Source: the human T2T-CHM13v2.0 reference genome, Homo sapiens
Assembly (NCBI RefSeq): GCF_009914755.1
Contig: NC_060934.1
Length of the DNA: 64,000 bases
Reading direction: 5' to 3' (one strand)
Part shown: positions 39,023-53,189 of the stretch, one piece after another
Numbering within the stretch: position 1 is the stretch's first letter
Layout of the letters: the number at the start of each line of letters is the position of its first letter
Notes under the pieces: generated by a model
The model's database searches: none
Told to the model about the DNA's origin: nothing
The model's input: the letters and a program-made list of their open reading frames with translations, nothing else
Translations under genes and position numbers: made by a program

Positions 39023-42000
39023 CCTGCTTCTTGGTTTCTGACAGGCAGAAGGCCTCCCCATGTTGACACCCCAGATTGGAAGGGGCCCAAAAAGTTTGCA
39101 GGGTGGAGCTACAATTCCTCTCCACGCCCCTTGGCAGGCTTTGGAGTATCTCACTGCCAATTGCTTAGCCCCTTGGAGGGTGGCCGTGGGTCTAATGGCA
39201 TTCATTGACAGCTGTGCAAGTGATGTGTACGTGGGCCTCCCGCCGTGGGAGCACCAGGCAGGAGGCCAATCGTCACCCGTCTGTGGGAGAGAGGCAGTCA
39301 CATGTACTGGCCAAGGCTGTCCTGGGCCCAAGCGAGCTGCATTTTATGAAGGGGGAAAGGGACATTGGGTCCTAGCTGCCATTTTAATTTGAAAATTGGG
39401 GACCTCTGTGTAAAAAGGGGCCTTTGGGGCCAGCTCTCTTAACCACTGGTAAGTGGGGCCCACAGGACAAGGGACAGGCTGGCCATGTTGGTTGCCTAGG
39501 CAGTAGAAGGCACTCTTGACCCTGCCTGCAGCACAGAGGGGCTCAGGTCAGGACTGACACTGCCCTCCCATTGCCTGGTATGCTCTGCGCACACCACACC
39601 AGGTCCTCCCGTCTCTCCCACTCACCCTGGGACTGTTTTTGCCATTCTAGCAAGTGCACAGACCAAAGGCACGCAGGTCAAAGAAGCATGCAGGCCAGCC
39701 CCGCCTAATTAGAGCAGACAGACTTCCCAGTCCAGATGTGTGAGTGACTGGCCAGGCGCACCCAGACACCCGCCCAGCTGGTGTCACTCTGTCTGTCCTT
39801 GCGTAATCCCCTGCCTGCCTCTGTCTGTCCCTGTCAGCCCTCCTGGTTCTCTCGACAGTGCCCAGACTCTCTTTTTGGCTGCGAATTCCCGGGTGTTGTC
39901 ATTAACCCACGTTTGCCTCAGAACAACTTGTGTTGGTTTGCACCATAAGGAGAACACGCACAACATCCACTGCCCCGCATGCGGCTGCCAGCGTGGCCTC
40001 TGTGCTCACCGGCCTCGGGGGTGAGGGGTGGTGACTCCCCATCCCCCCACCACCTCTTGGTTGTAAGAAAGTGGCCTTTGTGGCTGGCTGATCCACATAT
40101 CACGCCTGTTTGCGGCATGCCAGACTGTACAGCAAGGCCCTGTCACGCAGCCAGCCTGCCTTTATTCCCTTTATGGAAACCACTCCACTAGGGGCAGGAG
40201 GACAAGGGCTGTCCTTGGCTGAGCAGGGGGTGGCCCGTGACATTGGAGGAAAGCCCTGATTCCCCTGTGGTGCCTCCGCCCCCTGCATGGCAGGCCAGCC
40301 CCCAGGAGGAGCGAGGGCTGCGAGGGGTGGGGCGGGCAGCAGGCGGCACCATCTGTGGCCGTCCTTTGTGCTGGCAGTGGAGTGATCCCTCCGTCACTGC
40401 GATCCAGCGGGCCTCGTGCTTGGCGTGCAAATGAGTTTCCAGATGCCCAGTGCCCCCGCACAAGAGGCGGTACCTAGGGGCCTGGGAGAAGGATGGAGTG
40501 GGCTGGAGGCTCGTTTTTGTGTGTCCTGGCCTGCCCGAATAGGCTGCCTTTCCAGCTGTAGCACATGTGTGCTGGACACCCACATAGGGGTGTTTGTTGG
40601 TTTCTGTGCAGACACACATGACAGAGGAGAGTGTCTCTTCTCTCATACTGTCCTCCTTTTGAGGGTGGTGGCAAGGTGACCCCACGGAGGGGGGCAGGAC
40701 ACATCTTTTAAGACTTAGCTCATCCACCAGGGCCCCTCTTGGGGACCACAGCCCCTGCTTGCCTTCTTGGTTGGGCATCTTTGTGTACCACACAAGCTGA
40801 GCAGATGGAGCAAGCAGCTCTGGCGACTTCTCGGGGCTTTGGGCTGACGGGAACCCCGTCCAGGATCTGGGCGGCTTGGGATGGCAGCCTGCCCAGCCAC
40901 TCCCGGTCACTGTGCCTATGGGTGTCTTCCACCAGTGCCGGCCAAACGTGGTGGCGTACAAGAGGCCTGAGGGGTTCCTTATTGAGTCAGAGGGGCTGGG
41001 GAGCTGTGAACACCTAGGATTTTGCCTTCTGAAGGCTTTCACCTCCTCCCCACCTTCTGGTCCAGCCTCAGGCTCTACCACCAGGGCATGGGGCCAGGAG
41101 CAGGAGCACTGTCTCTGTCCCTGCTGACTCTGGCTGTGGTTACTGTGAGTAGCTTTGCCTGACTGGGCCCCCGTCTACTCATCTGTAGAATGAGGATAAT
41201 AATAGCTAATGATGTCCTAGATGGTCAAGAAAAAAAAAGGATGCAGAAGCACGTTGTGCAGCATCCAGATGGGAGACCCTTGAAATGTGGAGTCGGCTTT
41301 GCACCCAGCCAAGTGGCTGAGCAGTTATGATTCAAAATATGCCTGGCCACTCTTGCCCATCGACTACTTCCATAACGCTCAGGTCACTCCCAGCAGGAGT
41401 AGGACATCAGCTGAGGTGTGGCCACCCTTTGTCCAGCATTCCACAGACCCAGCAGGCCCCCATCCGTCCCTCCCTGCAGCCTGGGAGGAAGGCAGGACAC
41501 GAGGCATTACTCCTTTTTACCTCTAAGCAAACTGAGGCCCAGAGAGTCTGTGGGCTCCTGAAGTCAAACAGCAAGATGGTGACTGAGCGCAGCCAGTTCC
41601 CCAGCCCTCAGCGTCCTCATGTACTTCAGGAGGACAGGCCAGCTGAGACACGATGGACAGCCCAGGCTGAGACACGCTGGCCTGGGAGGCGCTTTTGGCT
41701 CCTGTGGCCACGTGGGGACAGTGAACAGTGAAAGAAAATGGAAGTTTTCCCCAGTCCCCAGTTCATGTGGGGCTCTCTTATCCCGGATGTGGATGGCTGC
41801 TCTGTGCTCCTGCCTTGGGCACCCCTGGCTGCCTCCTGCTTGGCCCCCCACCACCCTGGCCACCCTCTGCTCTGGACATCCTTTGTCTTCCTAGGCATTT
41901 GTGCCCAGCAGAGCAGGGACCAACCGTGGGTGTGACCAGAAGGTGTGTGCTAGGGGGCCAGTTTCTGGGCAGGAGTTTCAGGGACAGCCCTGCAGACACT

Positions 42001-42433
42001 CCTAGGTTGTCAGCAGATTCCAAGATTTTGTTCAAACCTTGTGATGTTTGAGCCCACCCATGGGGAGAAGCCACGCTTTGCCTCTGATCGAAGTGTGAGG
42101 GAGTGAGCTTCCCTGAGGGGGATCTGGGGTGGTGGGCAGCTGCTAAGCTTGCCCTGACTCAAGGTCTGTGTCAGGCCCCCTCACTCCTCCAGTTTCCACT
42201 TGGCACCATCTCTGCCACCCTTCCCATCATCCTGACTCTCCCCCTCTTTGCCTCCACGGACCACTACTTCCTGCACGCGGGCCATTCTGACCCCCTCTTC
42301 ATGACAGAAACTTTTGTATCCTCCTTCAAGGGTGTCAGTCCCATCTTACAGTTGAGAATACTGAGGCCTCCCAAGAGGGCTGAGTAAGTCTTCTGGCGTC
42401 ACACGAATCTGGGAGCAAAACCAGCATGGATAG

Positions 42434-42667
<234 letters not shown>

Positions 42668-43764
42668 TAAGTGGGTGGGTGCCATGGGTGCAGGTACTGA
42701 GCAGACACCCCTCTGGTCTCAGATCTCCTTGGACATGTCCCTGGGGTGGGGGCCTCTGTGCAACCATGAGGATGTTGCATTTTCTAAGGTGCAGTTGTTT
42801 TTTTACATCTTCGTGGGTGAGCCCTGTTTCTCCCTCTCAAACAGGTTGAAAGCACTGAGTTTGTCACTTTGGTGGAGGCTGTTTTTCTTCAGGTTCTAGG
42901 CTTCTGGCAGAACGTTAGAAATTCTGAGCTCAGCACCTTCCCTCTTTCTTGACCAGGGTATTGGGCAAACCCAGAGAAACCAGGGGCTGACAGGGATCTC
43001 AGGAAGGCCACGGGGTTGGTGGTTCCAGCCAAGATGGGGACAGAGCCAGCCCAGGCCAGCCACCCTGGAGCCAAGTAAGACTGGGCTGGGTCCACCAGAA
43101 GCCCAGGGTCACAGGCAGGCATGGGCTTGCTGGAGGCCGACAGCACCGAGGGATTGTCCAGTCCACCTGTGCCAGCCTCAGAAGGAGCACGTGGCCAGGA
43201 CTGGCAATTCCCCCAGTTAATTATCTTTTGAGTCCCTTGCTGAGCTGGGGATGCTCTCTCTGAGCGCTCTGCAGGCTGACCCTGCAACAACAGGGCCTGT
43301 CATGCTGTCTGCTCTCCCCTGTGTGTGTCTCCGCTAATGATCAGGAGGGTCATTTGCAGTCAGAGCTCGGCTCTCATTATCCAGCCTGACTGAGGGACCC
43401 GCAGCCCAGAGCACACTGCAGGCAGACCTGGGTCGCACCATCGAGGTGCTGCTGGGAACTCGGGTGTCAGCCACGCTTTATAAATCGAATTAGAGGCTTG
43501 TTGACTTTCTGAGCTGGAAAGGACCTTAGTGCTCATCATGTCCAGTGCCCTCCCTGGGCCTGATTGCCCCTGACATGTGGTTGCCTGCCTTGGTCATAAG
43601 CCCTTTGTACCATCGCAAGCCCACCACCACCCAAGGGCACTGCCTCCTCAGATCCTGGGTCTGGCTGCTGAGCAGCTCCAAGCTTCTCTTCTGTAGCAGT
43701 GTTCCTTAGTGCATTTACACAGGGTAGTTTTTCTTTTTATTATTATTATTTATTATTATTATTA

Positions 43765-45321
43765 TTTTAATTCTTTTTTTTAATTTTTTTTAGTATTTAT
43801 TGATCATTCTTGGGTGTTTCTCGGAGAGGGGGATTTGGCAGGGTCATAGGACAATAGTGCAGGGAAGGTCAGCAGATAAACACGTGAACAAAGGTCTCTG
43901 GTTTTCCTAGGCAGAGGGTCCTGCCGCCCTCCGCAGTGTTTGTGTCCCTGGGTACTTGAGATTAGGGAGTGGTGATGACTCTTAACGAGCATGCTGCCTT
44001 CAAGCATCTGTTTAACAAAGCACATCTTGCACCGCCCTTAATCCATTTAACCCTTAGTGGACACAGCACATGTTTCAGAGAGCACGGGGTTGGGGGTAAG
44101 GTTATAGATTAACAGCATCCCAAGGCAGAAGAATTTTTCTTAGTACAGAACAAAATGGAGTCTCCTATGTCTACTTCTTTCTACACAGACACAGTAACAA
44201 TCTGATCTCTCTTTCTTTTCCCCACATTTCCCCCTTTTCTATTCGACAAAACCACCATCATCATCATGGCCCGTTCTCAATGAGCTGTTGGGTACACCTC
44301 CCAGACAGGGTGGTGGCGGGGCAGAGGGGCTCCTCACTTCCCAGACGGGGTGGCCGGGCAGAGGCGCCACCCACGTCCCAGACGGGGCGGCGGCCGGGCG
44401 GGGGCTGCCCCCCACCTCCAGGACGGGGCAGCTGGCCGGACAGGGGCTGCCCCCCACCTCCCGGACGGGGCGGCTGGCCGGACGGGGGCTGCCCCCGACC
44501 TCCCGGACGGGGCAGCTGCCAGGGGGAGGGGCTCCTCACTTCCCGGACGGGGCGGCTGCCGGGCGGTGGGGCTCCTCACTTCTCAGACTGGGCGGCCGGT
44601 CAGAGACGCTCCTCACCTCCCAGATGGGGTGGTGGCGGGGCAGAGACACTCCTCAGTTCCCAGACGGGGTCGCGGCCGGGCAGAGGTGCTCTTCACATCT
44701 CAGACGGGGTGGCGGGGCAGAGGCGCTCCCCACATCCCAGACGATGGGCAGCTGGGCAGAGACGCTCCTCACTTCCTAGACGGGATGTCAGCCGGGAAGA
44801 GGCGCTCCTCACTTCCCAGACTGGGCGGCCGGGCAGAGGGGCTCCTCACATCCCAGATGATGGGCGGCCAGGCAGAGACGCTCCTCACTTCCTAGACAGG
44901 GTGGCGGCTGGGCAGAGGCTGCAATCTCGGCACTTTGGGAGGCCAAGGCAGGCAGCTGGGAGGTGGAGATTGTAGCGAGCCGAGATCACGCCACTGCACT
45001 CCAGCCTGGGCAACATTGAGCACTGAGTGAGCGAGACTCCGTCTGCAATCCGGCACCTTGGGAGGCTGAGGCTGGCAGATCACTCACGGTCAGGAGCTGG
45101 AGACCAGCCTGGCCAACACGGCGAAACCCCGTCTCCACCAAAAAATAGGAAAACCAGTCAGGCATGGTGGCACGCGCCTGCAATCCCAGGCACTCGGCAG
45201 GCTGAGGCAGGAGAATCAGGCAGGGAGGTTGCAGTGAGCCGAGATGGCGGCAGTACAGTCCAGCCTCGGCTAGGTATCAGAGGGAGAGACCGTGCAAAGG
45301 GGAGAGGGGGAGGGAGAGGGG
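43765..45321 (-). mobile_element. Full-length SVA retrotransposon, older subfamily (SVA_A-C, most like SVA_B)
   Basis: Poly-T and TTTATT (reverse polyA signal) at ~43765-43801; SINE-R to ~44290; GC-rich VNTR to ~44920; Alu-like domain to ~45290; short (GGGAGA)n hexamer end; TSD TATTATTATTA at 43754-43764 and 45322-45332. The aaggttatagattaacagcatcc variant is typical of pre-SVA_D copies. Confidence 0.95.
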
Positions 45322-45333
45322 TATTATTATTAC

Positions 45334-45618
45334 TTTTTTTTTTTTTTTGGACAAGATCTGGTTCTGTCACCCAGGCTGTAGTACAGTGGCGCAATCTCGG
45401 CTGACTGCAAGCTCCGCCCCTGGGCTCAAGTGATCCTCCCATCTCAGCCTTCCAAGTAGCTGGGACCACAGGCATTCACCACCACCCATGGCTAATTTTT
45501 TGTATTTTTAGTAGAGATGGCATTGCCCAGGCTGGTCTCGAACTCCTAAGCTCAAGGAATCTGCCTGCCTCAGCCTCCCAAAGTACTGGGATTATAGGCA
45601 TGAACCACCATGCCGGCC
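45334..45618 (-). mobile_element. Alu (AluJ-like)
   Basis: Reverse Alu with gggctcaagtgatcctccc, ending tgccggcc. Confidence 0.92.
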
Positions 45619-45914
<296 letters not shown>

Positions 45915-48607
45915 TGACACAGGGGTAATTTTTCTTGGTGCAGGACTTTGCAGGGCATTTGGCGTCTTGGTCCCTACCCACTCTGTTCTTTTTTTTTTTT
46001 TTTAATGCCCACGCTTGGTTAATCCCACCCCATTCTTCTGATGACTGCCCTCTTCCCCTAAGCATTATCACAATAAAAGTACCCTCCCACATTTGAGTCT
46101 CACCTTTGGTTAAGGACCGCTGCTCTAAAAAGACAAAACCTGCCTCCACCTCCCTCTGTGTACCCTTTGCTAAAAGCCACAGTTTGTCTTCATCTGAACC
46201 AAGCCGCTGAGCACAGGCTGCAGCTGCATTTCACTTAAGCAGCATACCTTGCAGTTGCCCTCGGGAAGCTTTACCTTATTAATTCTAACTCAGCCGTCCA
46301 TCCCTCCAGAATCATCCTCCTCTCATCATCCTATGTGTCATGACCTTCCCAAGCTTCTCTCCTCCAAGTTATTTTAGTAAAGTTGTTGCTTATGGTGGGC
46401 CAGAGCCCTGCAGCTCCCCACTAGGGACCAGCCTCAGACCTGCTTGACCGTGATTGTTCAGGTCACAGAGTGCCACAAATCTGGATCTCGGCCAGCCCTT
46501 TGCCAGCTGAGTTGAGCTAAGGCATGAGGTTGTTCGGTCCCGGGGTTAAACAGAGATGAGGTATTTCTGTGCTCGAGGAGCAGCCTCAAGCTAGTTGGGG
46601 AAATAAGACTCACTGGGGCCACGTTGGAATCTGGCAGAGCAGGGCAGGACTAGGGTTCATTGACAGGCAGACTGGGCTTTGGGGTTCAGATGGAGGAAGA
46701 TGGACAGGGCTGACTGTCAGGAGGCTGCCCAGAGGATGGGAGTCTTGAACTTGAAGGACTTCGGCTGGGAGGGGTAGTTGCATTCTATGAATTCAAGCTG
46801 GCTTTCCCAAGAAATGTTATGGGCCGAAGAGCCACTGGCCAGCACCCAGTGCCCTGCTGCCTCCATCACCATGGCCTCAGCTCTCTGTAAGTCCAGCAGA
46901 ATGACCTAGAATGCAAAGCCAGTGGTCTGAGAGCTTGAAGACCAGGCTGGCACTTACTCTTTGGGCCATAAGTGGTCTGTCAGAGAAAGGAAAGCTGTGT
47001 GGGCTGGAAGACTCGCTGAGTACTGGTGGCTAACCAGTCGGTTCCGTGGAGCGAGGCTTCCTCGTGGGAGCACAGGGAGGTGGAGGGCCTGCTAGACAAC
47101 ATCCCACACTTTGAATGGCAGAACTGGAAGGAAAATTGGGCCCAGAGTAGGAAAGTGAATTGCCCCAGAACACACAGCCAGTAAAGGGCAGAGGAAGATA
47201 TTAAACAGCGCACAGGGCTGTGCTATTTAGCTGGTCCTTCAGGGTCAACGAGGTGGTATCTCGTTGTTAACCCAATTTGGAGGGTCTTTTTAGAAGAGGG
47301 TCATCTGTTCTGATCCACAGCTCACCTTTTTCCCATTTAATAGCCCGTGTTCCTTCTCCAAGCCCCAGGCTATTCTGAGGACACGTTGTGGTTAGGCAAT
47401 TGAAAGTTACACAGTCTCTCCTTGCAACCTTTAGGAATTTCACAAAGGATAAATCCCTCATTTCCAGGGAAACTGCAACGGGGTCCAACACCTCATAAGT
47501 CCTCAGTGCAATTTCCCAAACAAGACGGAAAGAAAATGGAAGAGAAAGCTGAGCGCTTTCACAATTAGCAAACTGTTTTAGTCCGTCATCCTCCATAATT
47601 TTATTGAATGGCTTGGAGGCAGGAAGCTCTTTTTGCCTTTTCATTAAGGCGACATTGAGCTGGAGGTGAGCTTGGGTGAGCTGGGACAGTTGAGATTTGA
47701 TGCCCGCAGGTATCTGGCTGTTTGAAGGCTCTGGGTCTTTGTCTGAAGGCTCTGAGGACGAACAAATGGGAGAGGATGAGGGAGCCTGGACACTTGCAGC
47801 CCCGCCCTGCCCCGAGGGACGGCAGACGCCTGGAGGGTCCCTGGTGACTGTCATATTTGGAGAGCTCGGGTGTCACAATCATGTCTGCTGCAGGCTGCAG
47901 AGCTTTGGCACTGCGGCATGAGGCTGTGAGTCAGGGCCTGCTTTCTTCCACACAAATGCTGTGCCTCCCAGCAAGACCCTTGACCTCTTGGCCTCGTGGT
48001 TCCCTGCTGATGGGGGACATGGTGCCGCATGAGCAGGATGTCAGGAAAGGGTCAGGCTGCCATAGCCCCGCAGCTATATCTGGGGGTAAGGGTGGTGACG
48101 AGGAATACTAATTATCCTCAGTTTGTGGACGTCTGTAGGCTCACTCCCTGTTTTGTCCTCATCACTGGCTGCAGTGGGGCTGCCGTCTATACTCACAGAT
48201 ACCCAGGATACTATACAAGAGAAGGTGGCCAGAGAGGCCTGGCAAGGTCCAGGACCAGTGCCTGGGCAAGTAGGGCACCTTCCAAGTCCCTGCAGTGACC
48301 TGGACTTGAAGCCAGTGAAGTCTTTCAACCTCCTTCTTCCAGATTTTTAATGAGTGGTTTAAAAAGCCATTTGTGATTAGCACATTGTCCTTATGCAGAT
48401 CAGTGTTGCAAAGGTAATTAAAGGCCTAATAAATCTTGTTTATGCTGTTAATTTGATTACAGTCAAAACTCGCTAGGGCTGGGGAAGCCTCCAAGATTGA
48501 GAGGTGCCTTCCTCCTTCTTATAGGTGCGGGATTTATGAACCCCAACAGAGAGGCTTCTGGGCGGGAGGGCCCCTGGCATCCCCTGAGTATAGCAGGTCG
48601 GGGAACA

Positions 48608-48735
48608 GGCCCTGGAGCCAGGCTGCTGGGCCTTGAGTTTCAGCTGGGCCATATTCTAGCTGGGTAACTGGCCAGTTACTTACCCTCCTTGTGCCTCGGT
48701 TTCCTCATCTGTAGAAGGGGAGTGACAACAGTGGC
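48608..48735 (+). mobile_element. MIR SINE fragment
   Basis: ggccctggagccaggctg...cagttactta...gtgcctcggtttcctcatctgtagaagggg. Confidence 0.7.
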
Positions 48736-49997
48736 AGGAGTGGTGTGCTTGTCGCCAAGCCTGGCACACTGGGAGCCCATGGACCAGTCATTATTCCCCT
48801 GATCCTCAGCCAGGTGCCATCAAATTCTTAAGTGCTTATTCATGGCCAAACAAGAAAGAAGGGGGCAATCAAAACCAGCCACATCACACCATCTCCACAG
48901 CTGCCATTTTTAGCTCGGTTTTGCATAGCTTCACCAAAGCTCAGTTTATGTTAGGGCTTTGTTGCCCCAAGAACATTTTAAAAACAAAAAAAGAAGGAAA
49001 GGGGAGAATTGAAAGACCCATAAATCCCTGCACCATCAGTTCCAGATGGCCAAGATGCAAAGGATTTTTTCCTTTCCTCCTTCCTACTGAAAAAGTTTTA
49101 ACACCCTCTAATATGCAGTTAGCTGCACAAGTTCCTAAGTTTCACCGCAGGGAGGGAAGGAAGTAGGCCCCAGTAATTGTGATGATGGAGAACACTGTTA
49201 ATGGTTCCCCTAAATTAAACAGGGTGGGAGCTTCAGCTCCTCACTGGCTTGGCATTTCATTAGCAGTAACACTACAGCCTTGCACGGAGACGGGACCAGT
49301 ATGGCTGGATCAGGGAAATTAATTAGAGTCTGACAATACCCTTAATGGAAATTGGTTATTTCTCCCAAATAAAGCAGCTATTACAAGTGCAAGGGAAGAA
49401 ATAACTCAGCCCTCCCCCCGCGTTCCTTTCATGAATGTGTGTGTAGATGCTGCCATAGCGGGTGCACAGGAGCCAGGAATCATCACTGCCTTATCCCAGG
49501 CCTTGCTCATTTTCTCACATTCAGCAAAACCTCGATCATTGCCCGTGGAGCTGGCACAGACATGTAAACTGTCTACTGTGACTGCAGTGCAGAGAGCTCT
49601 CTATAAAATACGTGAAAAAAGTGCTGAGGGAACAGAGGAAAGTGTCCTTGGTTCTGCTTAGGAGGGTCCTTAAAGGGAGTATGCAGGCTGGGCTTTGAAG
49701 TATGGATAGAAGTTTGCTGGCTGGTGAAGGGAAGGCAGAAGAAAAATGAAGAAAGTCTCAGAGGCTTGAGAAGCACATTTTTTCTAGTTGACAGGTAGGA
49801 ATGAAAACGGCTCCTCCCATTGGTAGCATATTTGAAAAATTCCTAGGCCACTTTCATTGTATCCTGAAGTAAACAGGGGTAGCTGTGTATGGCTGGTTGG
49901 AGGACTGGAGAGAAAGGTGTAAGTACAGTTGAGCAGGGTCTTTCTACCAGGTTCTGTGCTAAACTTTACTTTTTTCTCATGTTTCTTAGGAAAGTGT

Positions 49998-50115
49998 TAG
50001 TCCCACTTTACAGATGAGAAAGTTGAGGCTGACTGAAAGTAACATGTCCAAGGCCACAGAAAGCTTCAGTGGCAGAGCCAGGGTTTGACCCGGAAGACTG
50101 TAACTCCAGAGCCCA
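49998..50115 (-). mobile_element. MIR SINE fragment
   Basis: cccactttacagatgagaaagttgaggct...ccaaggccacag...gtggcagagccagggtttgaccc...actccagagccc. Confidence 0.75.
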
Positions 50116-53100
50116 CATAGGGAACCTCTCTCCTGCTGGGCTTCCCTCTGTCGGCTGAATATTAACCTCAAAAAGGGGTCCCTGAATCTTTGCCAACACG
50201 GCCAGTACAAGCTAAAGCAGACGATTTAGTGTATAAAGAAATTCTTTCCTGGAAGACTATTTGGGTTTTCTCTGCAGCTGGGCTTTGAGGCCCATCTTTA
50301 CATTTCCCCTGTCCCTTCGTGCTAGGCGACTTCCCCAAGAACCCCCAGGAAGATGCAGCCCTTCTTGGAATTCTTGTGGCTTCTAGGTGGCCTCTGCAGT
50401 GTGCTCCCTTGCCTCGTGGCCATCTCTGGAGAGGGGAGCGTTGCCTTGCTGGATCCTAAGTTCCTAAGACAGTGGTGAGCCTGATACGGTCTGGTGACCC
50501 GGCAGCCTTGCCCTTGATTGGCTCTGCTACCTCTGTGAGCCCCAGCTTCTAAGATGGGCATCTGTTGGGCCCACTTAATGGGGCACTGAATGAGTTCTTA
50601 GGTGAAGGCCACTTCACAAAATTCCTTGCATCTAGAAGTCACTCAGTAAATCAGAACAACAGTAACAGCGGCAGCCAGCAGTTTCAGGGTGTCCAAGGTG
50701 TGCGGGACTCTGGGCCTCATACATGTTAGGCACTTACACTTAACCCTCACGGCAGCCTTCGAAGGGAGGGGCTGAATCAGCCCCATTTCATAGATGAGGT
50801 TGCTGAGGCATACAGAGAGTGAGCAGTGGTTTCATCGCTTCCCTCTGTGTCCTTCTCTCACTTTCTGGGCCCCAGTGGCCATGTGGCCACAGACACACTG
50901 TGTAGGTGGTCGGTCATCAGGCTTAACGAAATGGACATATTCATTTTCAGCATCACTCCAAGGGTGAGTGCAGAGAGGTGGTTTCTCCCTGGCACATTTT
51001 TTTGTTTAGCAAAGGTTTCCTGAGCCCTATTGGTGTGTGAAGACATCATGCTTGGCTCAGGGAGCCCAAGAAATCAGTGACAGCTCCTGAGGCAGAAGGG
51101 AGAAGGCAGAGGGTTCTCACTCTTGCCAGGAATGCGAAGAGCCAGTGGAGTTCAGTACCTTCTGCAAGGGCTTCCCGGAGGAGGTGGCCTTTGGAAGAGC
51201 CTGGAAAGGATGAATGGCATTTTCAAGGTGGGATGGAACTTGCCAGCCTGAGAAGAGGCACAGAGGCCCCTGTATTAGGGAGCAGTTGGCAAATGGAACC
51301 GTTGCTGCTGACATTGCAGATGGCTTCTGGCCTTGGTGCTTCTGTGGGTGGAGCAGGATTGTTGGGGCCGTTTTGGCTGGACAGGACTGTGGCTGGGAGC
51401 AGCTTATGGTGTGATACTGGGCAGGCCATGCTGGATTAGGGTTGTACAGAGTGGGACAGAATTATTAAAAAATGCCAAGCACCTGTGACCAGGTGAAGCA
51501 AGTCTGCAGGTTAAACTGTGCTCGTCGGAGAGAAGAAGGGCTCTCAGGCACCCTCCAGACCCTCCTCCCATCCCAGCCAGGCCATGCCTTTCTGGTAGCA
51601 GCCCAGGGGTCTGCTTGGTCCTTCATCCTTGGGAACAGGGACCAGGCATTCCCCCGGTGGTGGTATCTTGAGTCTAGGCAGTGGCGTCACATCAGCAGGG
51701 CTGCTGTGGGGGCCTGCGGGGGCGAGAGCCTTCTCTGCGACAGCAGGAGCCCGTCTCCCCCAGAATGAGATGAGTCACGGTCCTGTCGGTGCGGCTGCCA
51801 CTTCTGCTTCTGCAGCAGGTGCGTGTGGAGGCAAGCTAGTCCTGAGACTGCCCCACACGCTGTGCCTGTCTCTTCCCCAGTGCACGGGCAGCATGCCAGC
51901 AGGGCCTCGCGTGTGTGCACGGATGTGTCCTCCATATGCCTGCGTGCATCTTTGCTCTGGGGCGGCAAACCTTCCAGCCAGGCAGTGGGATGGCCAGTTT
52001 GGGAACGTTGGTTAGCTTTGCTTCTCACCAAGTTTGGGGCAGAGGGGACAAAACAGGAAGGAGCTGGTTTCCGCCCACAAGGCTCACCCACGGAGCTGCA
52101 GGGCAGTTGGGAGCTTGTTCGTGGGCCTGTGTAGCGTCCTGGGCTGAGGTGATGAGGCAGCAGTTGCCCACTCCCTGGCCACAGGCAGGGCCCTGCCGGC
52201 CCCTGGGGCCTCCCATGGGGGTTCATTTCCTGAGCCTGGCCAGGCATGTTCTCAAAGGATAGGAACTTCCGTCTCAAGGCCATCAGCCTGGAGGGTTGGT
52301 GGGAACTTGTGGGGCAGAAGTTCTGGGGCGAGAAGCCACTCAGGCTTGGGTTTTGTTCAGATGTAGGGGACCCCCTCTGGTCATCCAGCACACCTAGGAC
52401 ATGGGCCTTGAGGACAGCAGGTGTCCAGGGGATCTCCTCTTTGTTTTGTAAAAGCGTGACCTGTAGAGCCTCCCTGTGAGACTCTGGTGTGCCAGTCTGG
52501 AACCAGGTGGTGTGCCGGGTCCCCAGTGACCTCCCTGGGAGACAGAGGCTGTTACAGCCCAGCCTTCCTGAGGAGCAGGCTCATGGCTACTTTCCTGTGT
52601 TTCTCTGCACTGCCCACTCCCTCTGGGCTCCCAGTCTCCAATCCGCCACCTGGAGAGCAGAGTCTGTCGCTATCTGTCACCTTTGGCCCAAGCATCTGGA
52701 TCTTCAACAAGCCACTACCCATCATTGTGCCTGGCCAACTGAGTGCCCTGAGTACAGCTCCTCTACTCCAAATGCGAGTCCTGCAGTTTCCCCAGAAATC
52801 ACGAGCAGCGCTCAGTTGGGAAAGCCCTTTGACTGCATTCTCCTCTTTGAGCCACATCAGATTTAGGCTGCTGAACCTGTGTTCAAACCTATTTGACCAA
52901 GATCCACGATAAATACACATACGACACCTTGACCCAAGGTGCACATGTATTTGTGTATAAAACCAAGACAGAAGCTCAAGGACTAATCTTCATCTTTATT
53001 GTGTGCTCACACTCCATCACTTTCTAGTTGATGCTTTTTTCTCCCCTGCTGGTTGGATGTCATCACCTGCTCAGATTCTGTAACCCACAGTTGGAAAACA

Positions 53101-53189
53101 CAGAGTAGAGTGGGGAGGTATCATCTGATGCCCATTTTACAGATGAGGAGATTGAGTGAGGAAACTTGCACCAGGGTCCTAAGCACAAA

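Noticed and set aside
40188-41081. 297-aa minus-strand ORF
   Set aside because: No recognisable homology or coding-like composition; expected by chance at this GC content
44280-44975. 231-aa and other ORFs with repeated motifs
   Set aside because: Translations of the SVA VNTR
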